Positions 1-6,485 are shown, numbered from the stretch's first letter. The stretch is DNA of 20,000 nucleotides from an uncultured virus (IMG/VR IMGVR_UViG_3300025769_000092) (IMGVR_UViG_3300025769_000092), one strand, 5' to 3'. The notes: a model not told the origin generated them from the sequence alone. Made by a program: numbers and translations.

Positions 1-1
1 A

Positions 2-388
2 GAGGGCTTGGATGACGGTGGTATGACTGATAGAAGCCTAATGGAGAAGTTTATAGCCTTTTGTAACGATTACCTAGAGCTTAAGACTCCTTGTAAAATA
101 AAATTGACTAGTGATAGGGATTCTAATGGTATTAGAACAACAGCTTATTATAGTATATTAGATAAGATTATTTGTGTATATGTAAAAGATAGAGCAATAA
201 TGGATATAATGCGTTCTGTTGCACATGAGTTAGTACATCATCATCAAAACGAAAGAGGTGATTTACATGGTAGACCAGAAGAGGGGGCCGATGGGTCACC
301 GATAGAGAATGAGGCAAATGCTAAGGCTGGTGAAATTATCAGAATTTTCGGTAAACAAAACCCAGAAATTTATAGAAATAATAAATAG
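2..388 (+). CDS. C-terminal part of a zincin-like (HExxH) metallopeptidase-domain phage protein, probably truncated by the window edge
   Basis: The frame is open from base 2 (GAG GGC TTG...). It has the motif RSVAHELVHH followed by a downstream E (IENEANAKAG), the HExxH...E arrangement, and ends TAG TAG. Confidence 0.7.
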   Translation, partial: EGLDDGGMTDRSLMEKFIAFCNDYLELKTPCKIKLTSDRDSNGIRTTAYYSILDKIICVYVKDRAIMDIMRSVAHELVHHHQNERGDLHGRPEEGADGSPIENEANAKAGEIIRIFGKQNPEIYRNNK

Positions 389-399
389 TAGATAATTTA

Positions 400-429
400 T
401 TTGTCCCATGTCCCGAAACACGGGACAAA
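400..429. other. Intergenic GC-rich hairpin with two alternative left arms
   Basis: TGTCCCG (409-415) pairs with CGGGACA (421-427); TTTGTCCC (400-407) can alternatively pair with GGGACAAA (422-429). There is no clean U-tract. Confidence 0.45.
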
Positions 430-494
430 GTTTAATCATTAATTTAATAAAAAGTTTCAGAATTCAATGTTATTATTAAATTGGAGGATGAGAT

Positions 495-713
495 ATGTTA
501 CCAGAGGATATAAAAAAATTGGTGATTAAATATAAAAATGAAATCACAATTCTTAATAAAAATATAGTTGACTTACAAGAAAAATGTAGTCATGATAATT
601 ATGAAATAAAAAATATTAGCACTAGCACAGGTGTATTTAGAAATGTGTGTACAACATGTGAAAAAATTATTGGGTATCCAACTGATAAAGAATTTAGAGA
701 AGCTGGTTATTAA
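495..713 (+). CDS. Small hypothetical protein, putative zinc-binding (CxH...CxxC)
   Basis: 72-aa ORF with CSH and CTTC motifs; GGAGG at 483-487 upstream of the start. Confidence 0.65.
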   Translation: MLPEDIKKLVIKYKNEITILNKNIVDLQEKCSHDNYEIKNISTSTGVFRNVCTTCEKIIGYPTDKEFREAGY

Positions 714-1009
714 TTAGTTATTTTTAATCTTGGTGCTCTGAAACGATGTTCATCACCTATATAAATTATTTTACTAATAAAAAATGATGTATCTTTTAAT
801 CGTCTTTTAATGTTGCTATCATAATAGGAATGTATTTTTATACTATCTTCGTAGTTTAATTTTTTAGGTACTATAAAATTATTACAACCCCAATGATTAT
901 CATCTTCAGATGTTTTATAACAGTATGAATACCTCTCATCTCTAAAGATTTCTTTACCGCAACCCATTAAAATAATAATAATACATGTTATTAATAATAA
1001 TTTACTCAT
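710..1009 (-). CDS. Putative lipoprotein
   Basis: MSK, then a hydrophobic stretch, then the lipobox-like LMGC. The start codon is supplied by the junction repeat. Confidence 0.7.
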   Translation of the reverse strand: MSKLLLITCIIIILMGCGKEIFRDERYSYCYKTSEDDNHWGCNNFIVPKKLNYEDSIKIHSYYDSNIKRRLKDTSFFISKIIYIGDEHRFRAPRLKITN

Positions 1010-1024
1010 CTTTGTTTTTGTTTA
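1002..1024 (-). repeat. Gene-junction repeat copy 1 (TAAACAAAAACAAAGATGAGTAA, 22/23 to consensus)
   Basis: Contains the TAA of 1022..1267 and the ATG of 710..1009. Confidence 0.9.
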
Positions 1025-1267
1025 GTCTAAACCTAAATTATGGTCTCCTAATATGTCTCTTATTTTCTCTCTTAGTTTTTCAGCAACTTCATATTCTGCT
1101 TCACTTGCTTGCTCGTTGTGTTTCAACAACGATACATTATACTTTGTAGTTGACCGTAATAATTGGTCTAAGTCCCACATAGCAAGTTTCCACTTGTAAC
1201 CATCTAATGCTGTTCTAGCATCTTCTGCTTCTTCTACTCCATCAAATTCTAAAATAACTTTACTCAT
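1022..1267 (-). CDS. Hypothetical phage protein
   Basis: 81-aa ORF bounded by junction repeats on both sides. Confidence 0.8.
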   Translation of the reverse strand: MSKVILEFDGVEEAEDARTALDGYKWKLAMWDLDQLLRSTTKYNVSLLKHNEQASEAEYEVAEKLREKIRDILGDHNLGLD

Positions 1268-1282
1268 CTTTCATTTGGTTTA
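1260..1282 (-). repeat. Gene-junction repeat copy 2 (TAAACCAAATGAAAGATGAGTAA, 21/23)
   Basis: Contains the TAA of 1280..1501 and the ATG of 1022..1267. Confidence 0.85.
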
Positions 1283-1501
1283 ATAATAATCCTCTTCATC
1301 CCAATAAACTTCCTTACCTAATTCTTCGGCAACGGCTCGAGACACACTATTTATACTAGCACCTAAAAACTCTTTCCATTCAGTATTAGGATTGGCGATA
1401 CAACTATTACCACCACTTGTTAGTTTAATTCTATCTACATCCCATTTGACACCGAAGTAATCAAGAAATTCCTTACATCTATTTAATTCTTTTTCTGTCA
1501 T
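1280..1501 (-). CDS. Hypothetical phage protein
   Basis: 73-aa ORF in a co-oriented cluster. A TATATTTG (-7-like element) lies just upstream at 1506-1513. Confidence 0.75.
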   Translation of the reverse strand: MTEKELNRCKEFLDYFGVKWDVDRIKLTSGGNSCIANPNTEWKEFLGASINSVSRAVAEELGKEVYWDEEDYY

Positions 1502-1526
1502 ATTTCAAATATAATAAAAATTATTT

Positions 1527-1916
1527 TTAATCCCACCATCCTCTAATATAAAATTCAATTAATTTCCATAGAAGTTTATGGGCTCTTTCTTGTTTTTTCA
1601 TCGCTTCTTCAAACTCAATCTTTCCCTTATGCCAGTCATTCATGTATTCTTCATTGTATACTTTATCCATCAGTCTAACAACCATTCTAATCTTTTGGGC
1701 ATCAATATGTGAGTTAGCACCATAGGCTTCATGGGATTCCATAAAATCCGCTTGTTTCAATAACTGGTGTTTGAATACTTCTAATGAGTAATAGTAATCA
1801 AAATCAAATTGTTTCCATATTATAGGAATCCAACCAATAAGATTTTTAATCTGTCTCCATTTTCTACGAGGCCAGTAATTAATGTTTCTCCAAACGTCTT
1901 TTAATTTATTTTTCAT
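1527..1916 (-). CDS. Hypothetical Trp-rich phage protein (probable start MKNKLKD at 1916)
   Basis: The track ORF is 1527..1934. The ATG at 1914-1916 overlaps the end of the upstream gene (ATGAAAAATAA). The protein ends GWWD. Confidence 0.75.
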   Translation of the reverse strand: MKNKLKDVWRNINYWPRRKWRQIKNLIGWIPIIWKQFDFDYYYSLEVFKHQLLKQADFMESHEAYGANSHIDAQKIRMVVRLMDKVYNEEYMNDWHKGKIEFEEAMKKQERAHKLLWKLIEFYIRGWWD

Positions 1917-2157
1917 TTTGTTCCAAATAAGCACGTAATTTTTTTAAATCCTCTTTTTTAAATATTGTACTATCCCAATCACCAAATCTGCTTTTATAAC
2001 CAAAAGCATACTTTAACCCTCGCCATAGTCTTTTAAAAAAGTTTCTGTGAGTTGTCAAGTGTGGTTCGCAATATAAGTTACCATCTTCTTCATCATACCA
2101 AAAAATTACTTGGTGTTCAAGCGAGTGGCATTCGCATATCATTACTATTCTATCCAT
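1906..2157 (-). CDS. Hypothetical phage protein (CxCH motif)
   Basis: 83-aa ORF with an N-terminal ICECHSLEH motif. Confidence 0.75.
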   Translation of the reverse strand: MDRIVMICECHSLEHQVIFWYDEEDGNLYCEPHLTTHRNFFKRLWRGLKYAFGYKSRFGDWDSTIFKKEDLKKLRAYLEQNEK

Positions 2158-2201
2158 AATTCCGTAATTTTTAAAGTCGTTTTAATATTGGTCCATTTAA
2201 G

Positions 2202-2224
2202 TTACTCATCTTTGTTTTGGTTTA
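2202..2224 (-). repeat. Gene-junction repeat copy 3 (perfect consensus)
   Basis: The plus strand reads ttactcatctttgttttggttta. Confidence 0.95.
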
Positions 2225-2313
2225 TCGAAGAATATCCAATTAGCTTTTCCATTCCTCCCTATTTTGGAAATTTTACTAGATATTTCTTTTAGTTTATCTT
2301 TTAACTTACTCAT
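2206..2313 (-). CDS. 35-aa basic micro-protein MSKLKDKLKEISSKISKIGRNGKANWIFFDKPKQR
   Basis: Manually translated. It starts at the ATG of repeat copy 4 and stops at the TGA of repeat copy 3. Confidence 0.55.
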   Translation of the reverse strand: MSKLKDKLKEISSKISKIGRNGKANWIFFDKPKQR

Positions 2314-2328
2314 CTTTGTTTTGGTTTT
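2306..2328 (-). repeat. Gene-junction repeat copy 4 (AAAACCAAAACAAAGATGAGTAA, 22/23)
   Basis: The plus strand reads ttactcatctttgttttggtttt. Confidence 0.95.
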
Positions 2329-2420
2329 CCTCCCCATATTTTTATTGTCATATCTCTTGCGGGTGATGGCTTTAATCTATTCCACCTATCTATCCAATGT
2401 TGCCTTTCTTCTTTACTCAT
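2310..2420 (-). CDS. 36-aa micro-protein MSKEERQHWIDRWNRLKPSPARDMTIKIWGGKPKQR
   Basis: Manually translated. It starts at the ATG of repeat copy 5 and stops at the TGA of repeat copy 4. Confidence 0.6.
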   Translation of the reverse strand: MSKEERQHWIDRWNRLKPSPARDMTIKIWGGKPKQR

Positions 2421-2435
2421 CTTTGTTTTGGTTTA
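2413..2435 (-). repeat. Gene-junction repeat copy 5 (perfect consensus)
   Basis: Encodes the C-terminal NQNKDE* of 2413..2793 and the ATG of 2310..2420. Confidence 0.95.
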
Positions 2436-2793
2436 ATAAATTCATAAAATCTATATCTTTATCTAATATCTCAATAGGTACAGGACTCTTTTCTATAATA
2501 TTCTCTAATACATCTTGTACATATGGTCTAAACCAATACATACCATCTTTTAATCCATAACCGCTTTTACGACATTGATAACAACTACCACTATGGCCTT
2601 CAAAATAGTAATAATCTTCATCTTCTTCAATACCAACGACACCCGAATTCATTTTCCATCTGTCACCATCTAGATATCCACCTCTCCATCCACCGAATAC
2701 TCGGTAATAGGTTTCATTACCTTCAATTTTAAGGATAACCCAACTTTCTGGTTTTTCTGTTATATTTCTGATATCAAATATTTTATCTTCCAT
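2413..2793 (-). CDS. Conserved-looking hypothetical phage protein
   Basis: 126 aa with a WVILKI...YRVFGGWRGGYLDGDRWKMNSG motif of a type I recall from phage hypotheticals. It ends in the repeat-encoded NQNKDE. Confidence 0.8.
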   Translation of the reverse strand: MEDKIFDIRNITEKPESWVILKIEGNETYYRVFGGWRGGYLDGDRWKMNSGVVGIEEDEDYYYFEGHSGSCYQCRKSGYGLKDGMYWFRPYVQDVLENIIEKSPVPIEILDKDIDFMNLLNQNKDE

Positions 2794-2796
2794 AAC

Positions 2797-3000
2797 TTAT
2801 TTATAATTTGTAAGAAACTCTTTGGGTATGTCTTTACTTAATCCTTTCATAATATTCTCTTTGATATATTTAATGTCTTCCTCGTCTTTAATATCCTTAA
2901 TTATTTCTCTAAACTTAATTAAGAAATCAACATTCTCACTTTCACCATAGACATTAACTATTCTATCATGTAACCATTGTAAGTGTTCTGAATTTGTCAT
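2797..3000 (-). CDS. Hypothetical phage protein
   Basis: 67-aa ORF tightly packed in the cluster. Confidence 0.7.
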   Translation of the reverse strand: MTNSEHLQWLHDRIVNVYGESENVDFLIKFREIIKDIKDEEDIKYIKENIMKGLSKDIPKEFLTNYK

Positions 3001-3012
3001 ATTTTTTATATT

Positions 3013-3243
3013 TTAATATCCGTAATTCACTTTAATTGCCTTTGACTGATGTTTTCCTTCCTCACCAAAATGTTCCATCACCTCAATAGCAATATCTGTA
3101 TCCAATTGACATATTACTGCCGAAAAGTAACTTAACATAGATGATTTATCATCAGTTAATGTCATACCAAATTCAAACATAAATTCTTCTATCTCTGAAA
3201 TAATAGTATTTACTTTTCCTTGTCTTTCTCTATCTAATTTCAT
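3013..3243 (-). CDS. Hypothetical phage protein
   Basis: 76-aa ORF whose ATG lies in repeat copy 6. Confidence 0.75.
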   Translation of the reverse strand: MKLDRERQGKVNTIISEIEEFMFEFGMTLTDDKSSMLSYFSAVICQLDTDIAIEVMEHFGEEGKHQSKAIKVNYGY

Positions 3244-3258
3244 CTTTGTTTTGTTTGA
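3236..3258 (-). repeat. Gene-junction repeat copy 6 (TCAAACAAAACAAAGATGAAATT; 14-nt core intact)
   Basis: The core CAAAACAAAGATGA is identical; it lies between 3262..3534 and 3013..3243. Confidence 0.8.
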
Positions 3259-3261
3259 TAT

Positions 3262-3534
3262 TTAGTATTTTTTTAAATCTTTAAACGCCTCAATATCAAA
3301 AAACTCACTCTCTATTTTACCCATAACATCCTTTAAGAATCTACCTTGAGTTTCGTAATCCATATTGGTTATGGCAAATTTAATAGACATAGATAATGAT
3401 GAGGTTAATAAACCAACCAGTTCTAAATCAGACATTCTATTATCTTCTTGGAAGTATTTAAAGTTAAGGTATATCCTACCATCATCTTTAACATTACCTT
3501 CTAAAATGATTCTTTTTAATTCTTCTTTACTCAT
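3262..3534 (-). CDS. Hypothetical phage protein (start at 3534 MSKEE, or at 3543)
   Basis: The track ORF is 3262..3543. The second ATG lies in the half-motif AAGATGAGTAA (3527-3537). Confidence 0.7.
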   Translation of the reverse strand: MSKEELKRIILEGNVKDDGRIYLNFKYFQEDNRMSDLELVGLLTSSLSMSIKFAITNMDYETQGRFLKDVMGKIESEFFDIEAFKDLKKY

Positions 3535-3546
3535 CTTCTCCATTTC

Positions 3547-3684
3547 TTAGTTTGTAAAGTCTCGTTTAATTTGTTTTCTCTTTAGTTCACTTACACCCGA
3601 TGGCATGACAGTAGGCTTGTAATATTTTGTTCCGCATGAAGTCATTGCTATAAGGAAAAGCATCGATATTAATTTTTCACTCAT
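3547..3684 (-). CDS. 45-aa putative small lipoprotein MSEKLISMLFLIAMTSCGTKYYKPTVMPSGVSELKRKQIKRDFTN
   Basis: Manually translated. It fills the gap exactly, has a hydrophobic stretch plus lipobox-like MTSC, and takes its ATG from repeat copy 7. Confidence 0.65.
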   Translation of the reverse strand: MSEKLISMLFLIAMTSCGTKYYKPTVMPSGVSELKRKQIKRDFTN

Positions 3685-3699
3685 CTTTGTTTTGTTTTA
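3677..3699 (-). repeat. Gene-junction repeat copy 7 (TAAAACAAAACAAAGATGAGTGA, 21/23)
   Basis: Contains the TAA of 3697..4065 and the ATG of 3547..3684. Confidence 0.9.
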
Positions 3700-4065
3700 T
3701 ATCCATCCTTTTTTTCTAACCTGTTGTAAAAGATTAGTTAAGTTTATAAATTTAGAGTCACCTATTTCTTTTCTCAGATTTGTTACTTCAATATTTTCAT
3801 TATCTTCTAACACATCAATTAAGAAATCTTTATTATCCCAGTAATCACTATTGTTTTTATTGGCATGGCCTTCTGTATAGTAGGTTACATTTTGAGTACC
3901 TTCCCATATTTCATCATCATCATTTAGTAAAACACTAAACTCAAAATAACCACAATCACTAATAGAAGAGTAATAAAATGTTACTGAATTTTCATTTACT
4001 TTAGTCTCTTCTACTGGTACTAAATTGTACTCTACCCCATCTAATATTATTGTCTTATTATTCAT
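3697..4065 (-). CDS. Hypothetical acidic phage protein
   Basis: 122-aa ORF with N-terminal KTIILDGVEYNLVP. Confidence 0.8.
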   Translation of the reverse strand: MNNKTIILDGVEYNLVPVEETKVNENSVTFYYSSISDCGYFEFSVLLNDDDEIWEGTQNVTYYTEGHANKNNSDYWDNKDFLIDVLEDNENIEVTNLRKEIGDSKFINLTNLLQQVRKKGWI

Positions 4066-4091
4066 ATTTTTAATCTATTAATTCATCTATG

Positions 4092-4152
4092 TTTTATACC
4101 CCTTCGGGTATGTTTCAATTAATTTAACTCATTTTATACCTTAACGGGTATA
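4092..4152. repeat. Tandem pair of palindromic elements TTTTATACC-N5-GGGTAT, 40 bp apart
   Basis: ttttataccccttcgggtat (4092-4111) and ttttataccttaacgggtat (4132-4151), in an intergenic gap. Confidence 0.75.
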
Positions 4153-4189
4153 TGGGATAGAATTCTTATTAAATGCTGTTTGATAATTC

Positions 4190-4372
4190 TTATTTGTTGT
4201 ATTGTTTTAATTCTTTCTCCATATCTAACATGATAAATGATTGTTTTTTAATCATAGCCCTATACTTGAATATGTAAGAGGTTTGAAATGCTAACATGAT
4301 TGCAAACATTGCTATATAGGCATACCAAATCAAACTCTTTGGTGGGTCTAACCTTTTTAAATTAGTTTTCAT
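4190..4372 (-). CDS. Small single-TM membrane protein
   Basis: 60 aa with hydrophobic LIWYAYIAMFAIMLAF; ATG lies in repeat copy 8. Confidence 0.7.
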   Translation of the reverse strand: MKTNLKRLDPPKSLIWYAYIAMFAIMLAFQTSYIFKYRAMIKKQSFIMLDMEKELKQYNK

Positions 4373-4387
4373 CTTTGTTTTGTTTTA
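4365..4387 (-). repeat. Gene-junction repeat copy 8 (TAAAACAAAACAAAGATGAAAAC)
   Basis: Supplies the TGA of 4369..4494 and the ATG of 4190..4372. Confidence 0.85.
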
Positions 4388-4494
4388 TATATTGTCCACA
4401 TTTTCTTTTCACACTCTTGAGAACAAATTGTACCTTTTCCTTTGAATTTGGTCCCACACATATCACATATATTGTATTCTATTTTATTTTTCAT
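4369..4494 (-). CDS. 41-aa zinc-finger micro-protein MKNKIEYNICDMCGTKFKGKGTICSQECEKKMWTIYKTKQR
   Basis: Manually translated. It has CxxC-x10-CSxxC and ends in the repeat-encoded KTKQR*. Confidence 0.7.
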   Translation of the reverse strand: MKNKIEYNICDMCGTKFKGKGTICSQECEKKMWTIYKTKQR

Positions 4495-4499
4495 ATATT

Positions 4500-5738
4500 T
4501 TAAAAAGGTAAATCTTCAATCCAGTTTCCATTAATATCTCTACTATGACCAAGTTTTGTAGCTGGTTCAACATCTATACTTAAACCAATCTCTTTATTAA
4601 AGTTATTAACTTTTTCAATAACCATATTTAATAATGATTCTGGTGGGTTTGAGTTTGAGTGACCTCTTAATTGCCCCACCCTTAGAAATTTACTATGCTT
4701 ATTACTATTGGAAGAAATACTAAATGAAGATTCTGTGTTTAATTCTAGGGTGTAACCATTTACTCTAAAAATACCACAATTACCGTTTTCTACCTTGTTA
4801 ATATAAGTACCAACACAATGATTTTGTTTTTTACCCTCATAAGCCATTTCTTTAGTACTTTGTATGATTTCTATTTTAGAAAATCTTGAGAACTTTAAAT
4901 ATATGTCAGAAATTTTCATTTTTCTATCAGCACCAATAAATATAATATCGTTAATCACTTTAACAAAGTTATCGTGTTCTTGTCTTAATCTTTTTGATGA
5001 CCATGAACAATTAACTTTTTCATCAAGTATTTTTGCCATTTTAAGTGTATCCCTAAATATATTTAATTCACCTCTATCTGAGGTCCACTCTTTTTTTAAT
5101 GACTCAACATTTTTAATATATTTTAAATAGTATTTAAAGTAGTATTTAACCCAGTGGTCATTTGAAGTGTGTAATATTAAGGCCACTGGTTTTGGTACTT
5201 TATATTCAAACTGTAAAGCCTTTTTAAGATTATATAGTTTGTTTTTTATAATTGTATTAAACGCTATATTTTGTAAAACATTGTGTTCTCTAATAAACCT
5301 AATCCATGTAAATTTATTTTGTAGTTCATTTAATATAAGTTCAACCTGTATAGATTCTTTCAAACCTATTTGGTATTGTGGGAATGCACTAGATAAAAAG
5401 TTCATAGTTAGTGGTCTAACGTTTTTTGATTTACCCATGTTATCTATTATCCAGAATTTACCTTCTTTATAAGTTATAGTTAATAGTCTTTTTTCTGAAC
5501 TATAAATTCTATTTGTTATGCTTATACCATATTTTTTCCTAAAATAAACTATAGAGAACTCTCCATTTTTTTCTTTAAATAAAACTAACCTAAAGTTTTC
5601 ATAACCAACTGAGTCATTCATATAGACTACTCTAGCCAGGTATTTATCTTTATTATATAATTTAAATAAATGGTCAACTTTTGGAGAGGTTGCTTCATGT
5701 AACACATTATACTCTGTTTTATCATTCTTATTACTCAT
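4500..5738 (-). CDS. PcfJ-like domain protein
   Basis: 412 aa with the PcfJ-type signature EGKKQNHCVGTY...QLRGHSN near the C-terminus; ends EDLPF. Confidence 0.75.
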   Translation of the reverse strand: MSNKNDKTEYNVLHEATSPKVDHLFKLYNKDKYLARVVYMNDSVGYENFRLVLFKEKNGEFSIVYFRKKYGISITNRIYSSEKRLLTITYKEGKFWIIDNMGKSKNVRPLTMNFLSSAFPQYQIGLKESIQVELILNELQNKFTWIRFIREHNVLQNIAFNTIIKNKLYNLKKALQFEYKVPKPVALILHTSNDHWVKYYFKYYLKYIKNVESLKKEWTSDRGELNIFRDTLKMAKILDEKVNCSWSSKRLRQEHDNFVKVINDIIFIGADRKMKISDIYLKFSRFSKIEIIQSTKEMAYEGKKQNHCVGTYINKVENGNCGIFRVNGYTLELNTESSFSISSNSNKHSKFLRVGQLRGHSNSNPPESLLNMVIEKVNNFNKEIGLSIDVEPATKLGHSRDINGNWIEDLPF

Positions 5739-5765
5739 ATATTAAAATTTTTATTTGGTTGTGTA

Positions 5766-5797
5766 CAAATATAGAATAAAATTTGTAAAAAAACAAA
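5766..5797 (-). promoter_or_regulatory. Bacteroidota-type primary-sigma promoter for the accessory cluster
   Basis: The minus strand reads TTTG-N20-TATATTTG, matching the -33 TTTG / -7 TAnnTTTG consensus. Confidence 0.75.
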
Positions 5798-5810
5798 TTA
5801 TTTTTAATTT

Positions 5811-6062
5811 TTAATATATAGACCTTATCTCTATTAGACCTTTATCGTAATCTTCTTTCTTTTTTTTTAGGAAAGCTCTAGCGACAGTTCTAATATGTCC
5901 ATCCGTATAAGGTGGTGTTAATATACCGTCAGCTAGTCTAGCAATTTGGTTTATTGCACTAGTTCTACTTCTTTCCCTACCCTTTATATACTGGTATACT
6001 GCTGGATGGTCGTCTGGTATTGAAACTTTAATAAATTCTTTAATTATTTCTGAATCACTCAT
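5811..6062 (-). CDS. Hypothetical protein
   Basis: 83-aa ORF with normal composition. Confidence 0.7.
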   Translation of the reverse strand: MSDSEIIKEFIKVSIPDDHPAVYQYIKGRERSRTSAINQIARLADGILTPPYTDGHIRTVARAFLKKKKEDYDKGLIEIRSIY

Positions 6063-6135
6063 TGATTTTATTTAAAAAAAGTGTATATTGGTTATAATTA
6101 TAAATAATAGATAAAAAAGTAAAAATTAAAATCTT

Positions 6136-6456
6136 ATGAATTTAGAAATAACAGACAGCGAAATTGACAACCTTTTATCTAAAGGTGGTATAACAGTATT
6201 AGATTTTTGGGCACCATGGTGTGGGCCTTGTAAGAGTTATGGACCTATAATTGAAGGGTTCGCTAAAGATAATGAAAGTAGGTCTGATTTACACATCAGA
6301 AAAATTAATGTAGATGAGAATCCAGTAATGGCTCAGAAACATGGTATTAGAAGTATACCTACTACAATTATTTTTAAAGATGGGCAACTAATAACAAAAG
6401 TTCCTGGTGTGATACAAAAAAATAAATTAGATGAATTTGTGGGTAATTTATCTTAA
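6136..6456 (+). CDS. trxA: Thioredoxin
   Basis: DFWAPWCGPCK active site and SIPT cis-Pro loop; 106 aa. Confidence 0.95.
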   Translation: MNLEITDSEIDNLLSKGGITVLDFWAPWCGPCKSYGPIIEGFAKDNESRSDLHIRKINVDENPVMAQKHGIRSIPTTIIFKDGQLITKVPGVIQKNKLDEFVGNLS

Positions 6457-6485
6457 TTGAGGATATTTATAATAAAGAGTAAATT

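Noticed and set aside
1906..1925. Possible further junction-repeat copy (GGAACAAAATGAAAAATAA, read EQNEK*)
   Set aside because: It sits at a junction but matches only partly and needs a gap, so it was not counted.
2202..2435. CRISPR array interpretation of three regularly spaced 23-bp repeats
   Set aside because: The inserts (81 and 84 nt) are too long for spacers and are open reading frames. The repeat is non-palindromic, other copies are dispersed at gene junctions, and no cas genes are present.
1002..4387. Classical integron with attC sites
   Set aside because: There are no RYYYAAC...GTTRRRY inverted boxes, no hairpin in the repeat and no intI in the window.
2110..5472. Plus-strand ORFs 2110..2292, 2264..2560, 3365..3550, 4864..5130 and 5167..5472
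   Set aside because: They are antisense to better-supported minus-strand genes. The hydrophobicity of 2264..2560 reflects the T-rich strand.
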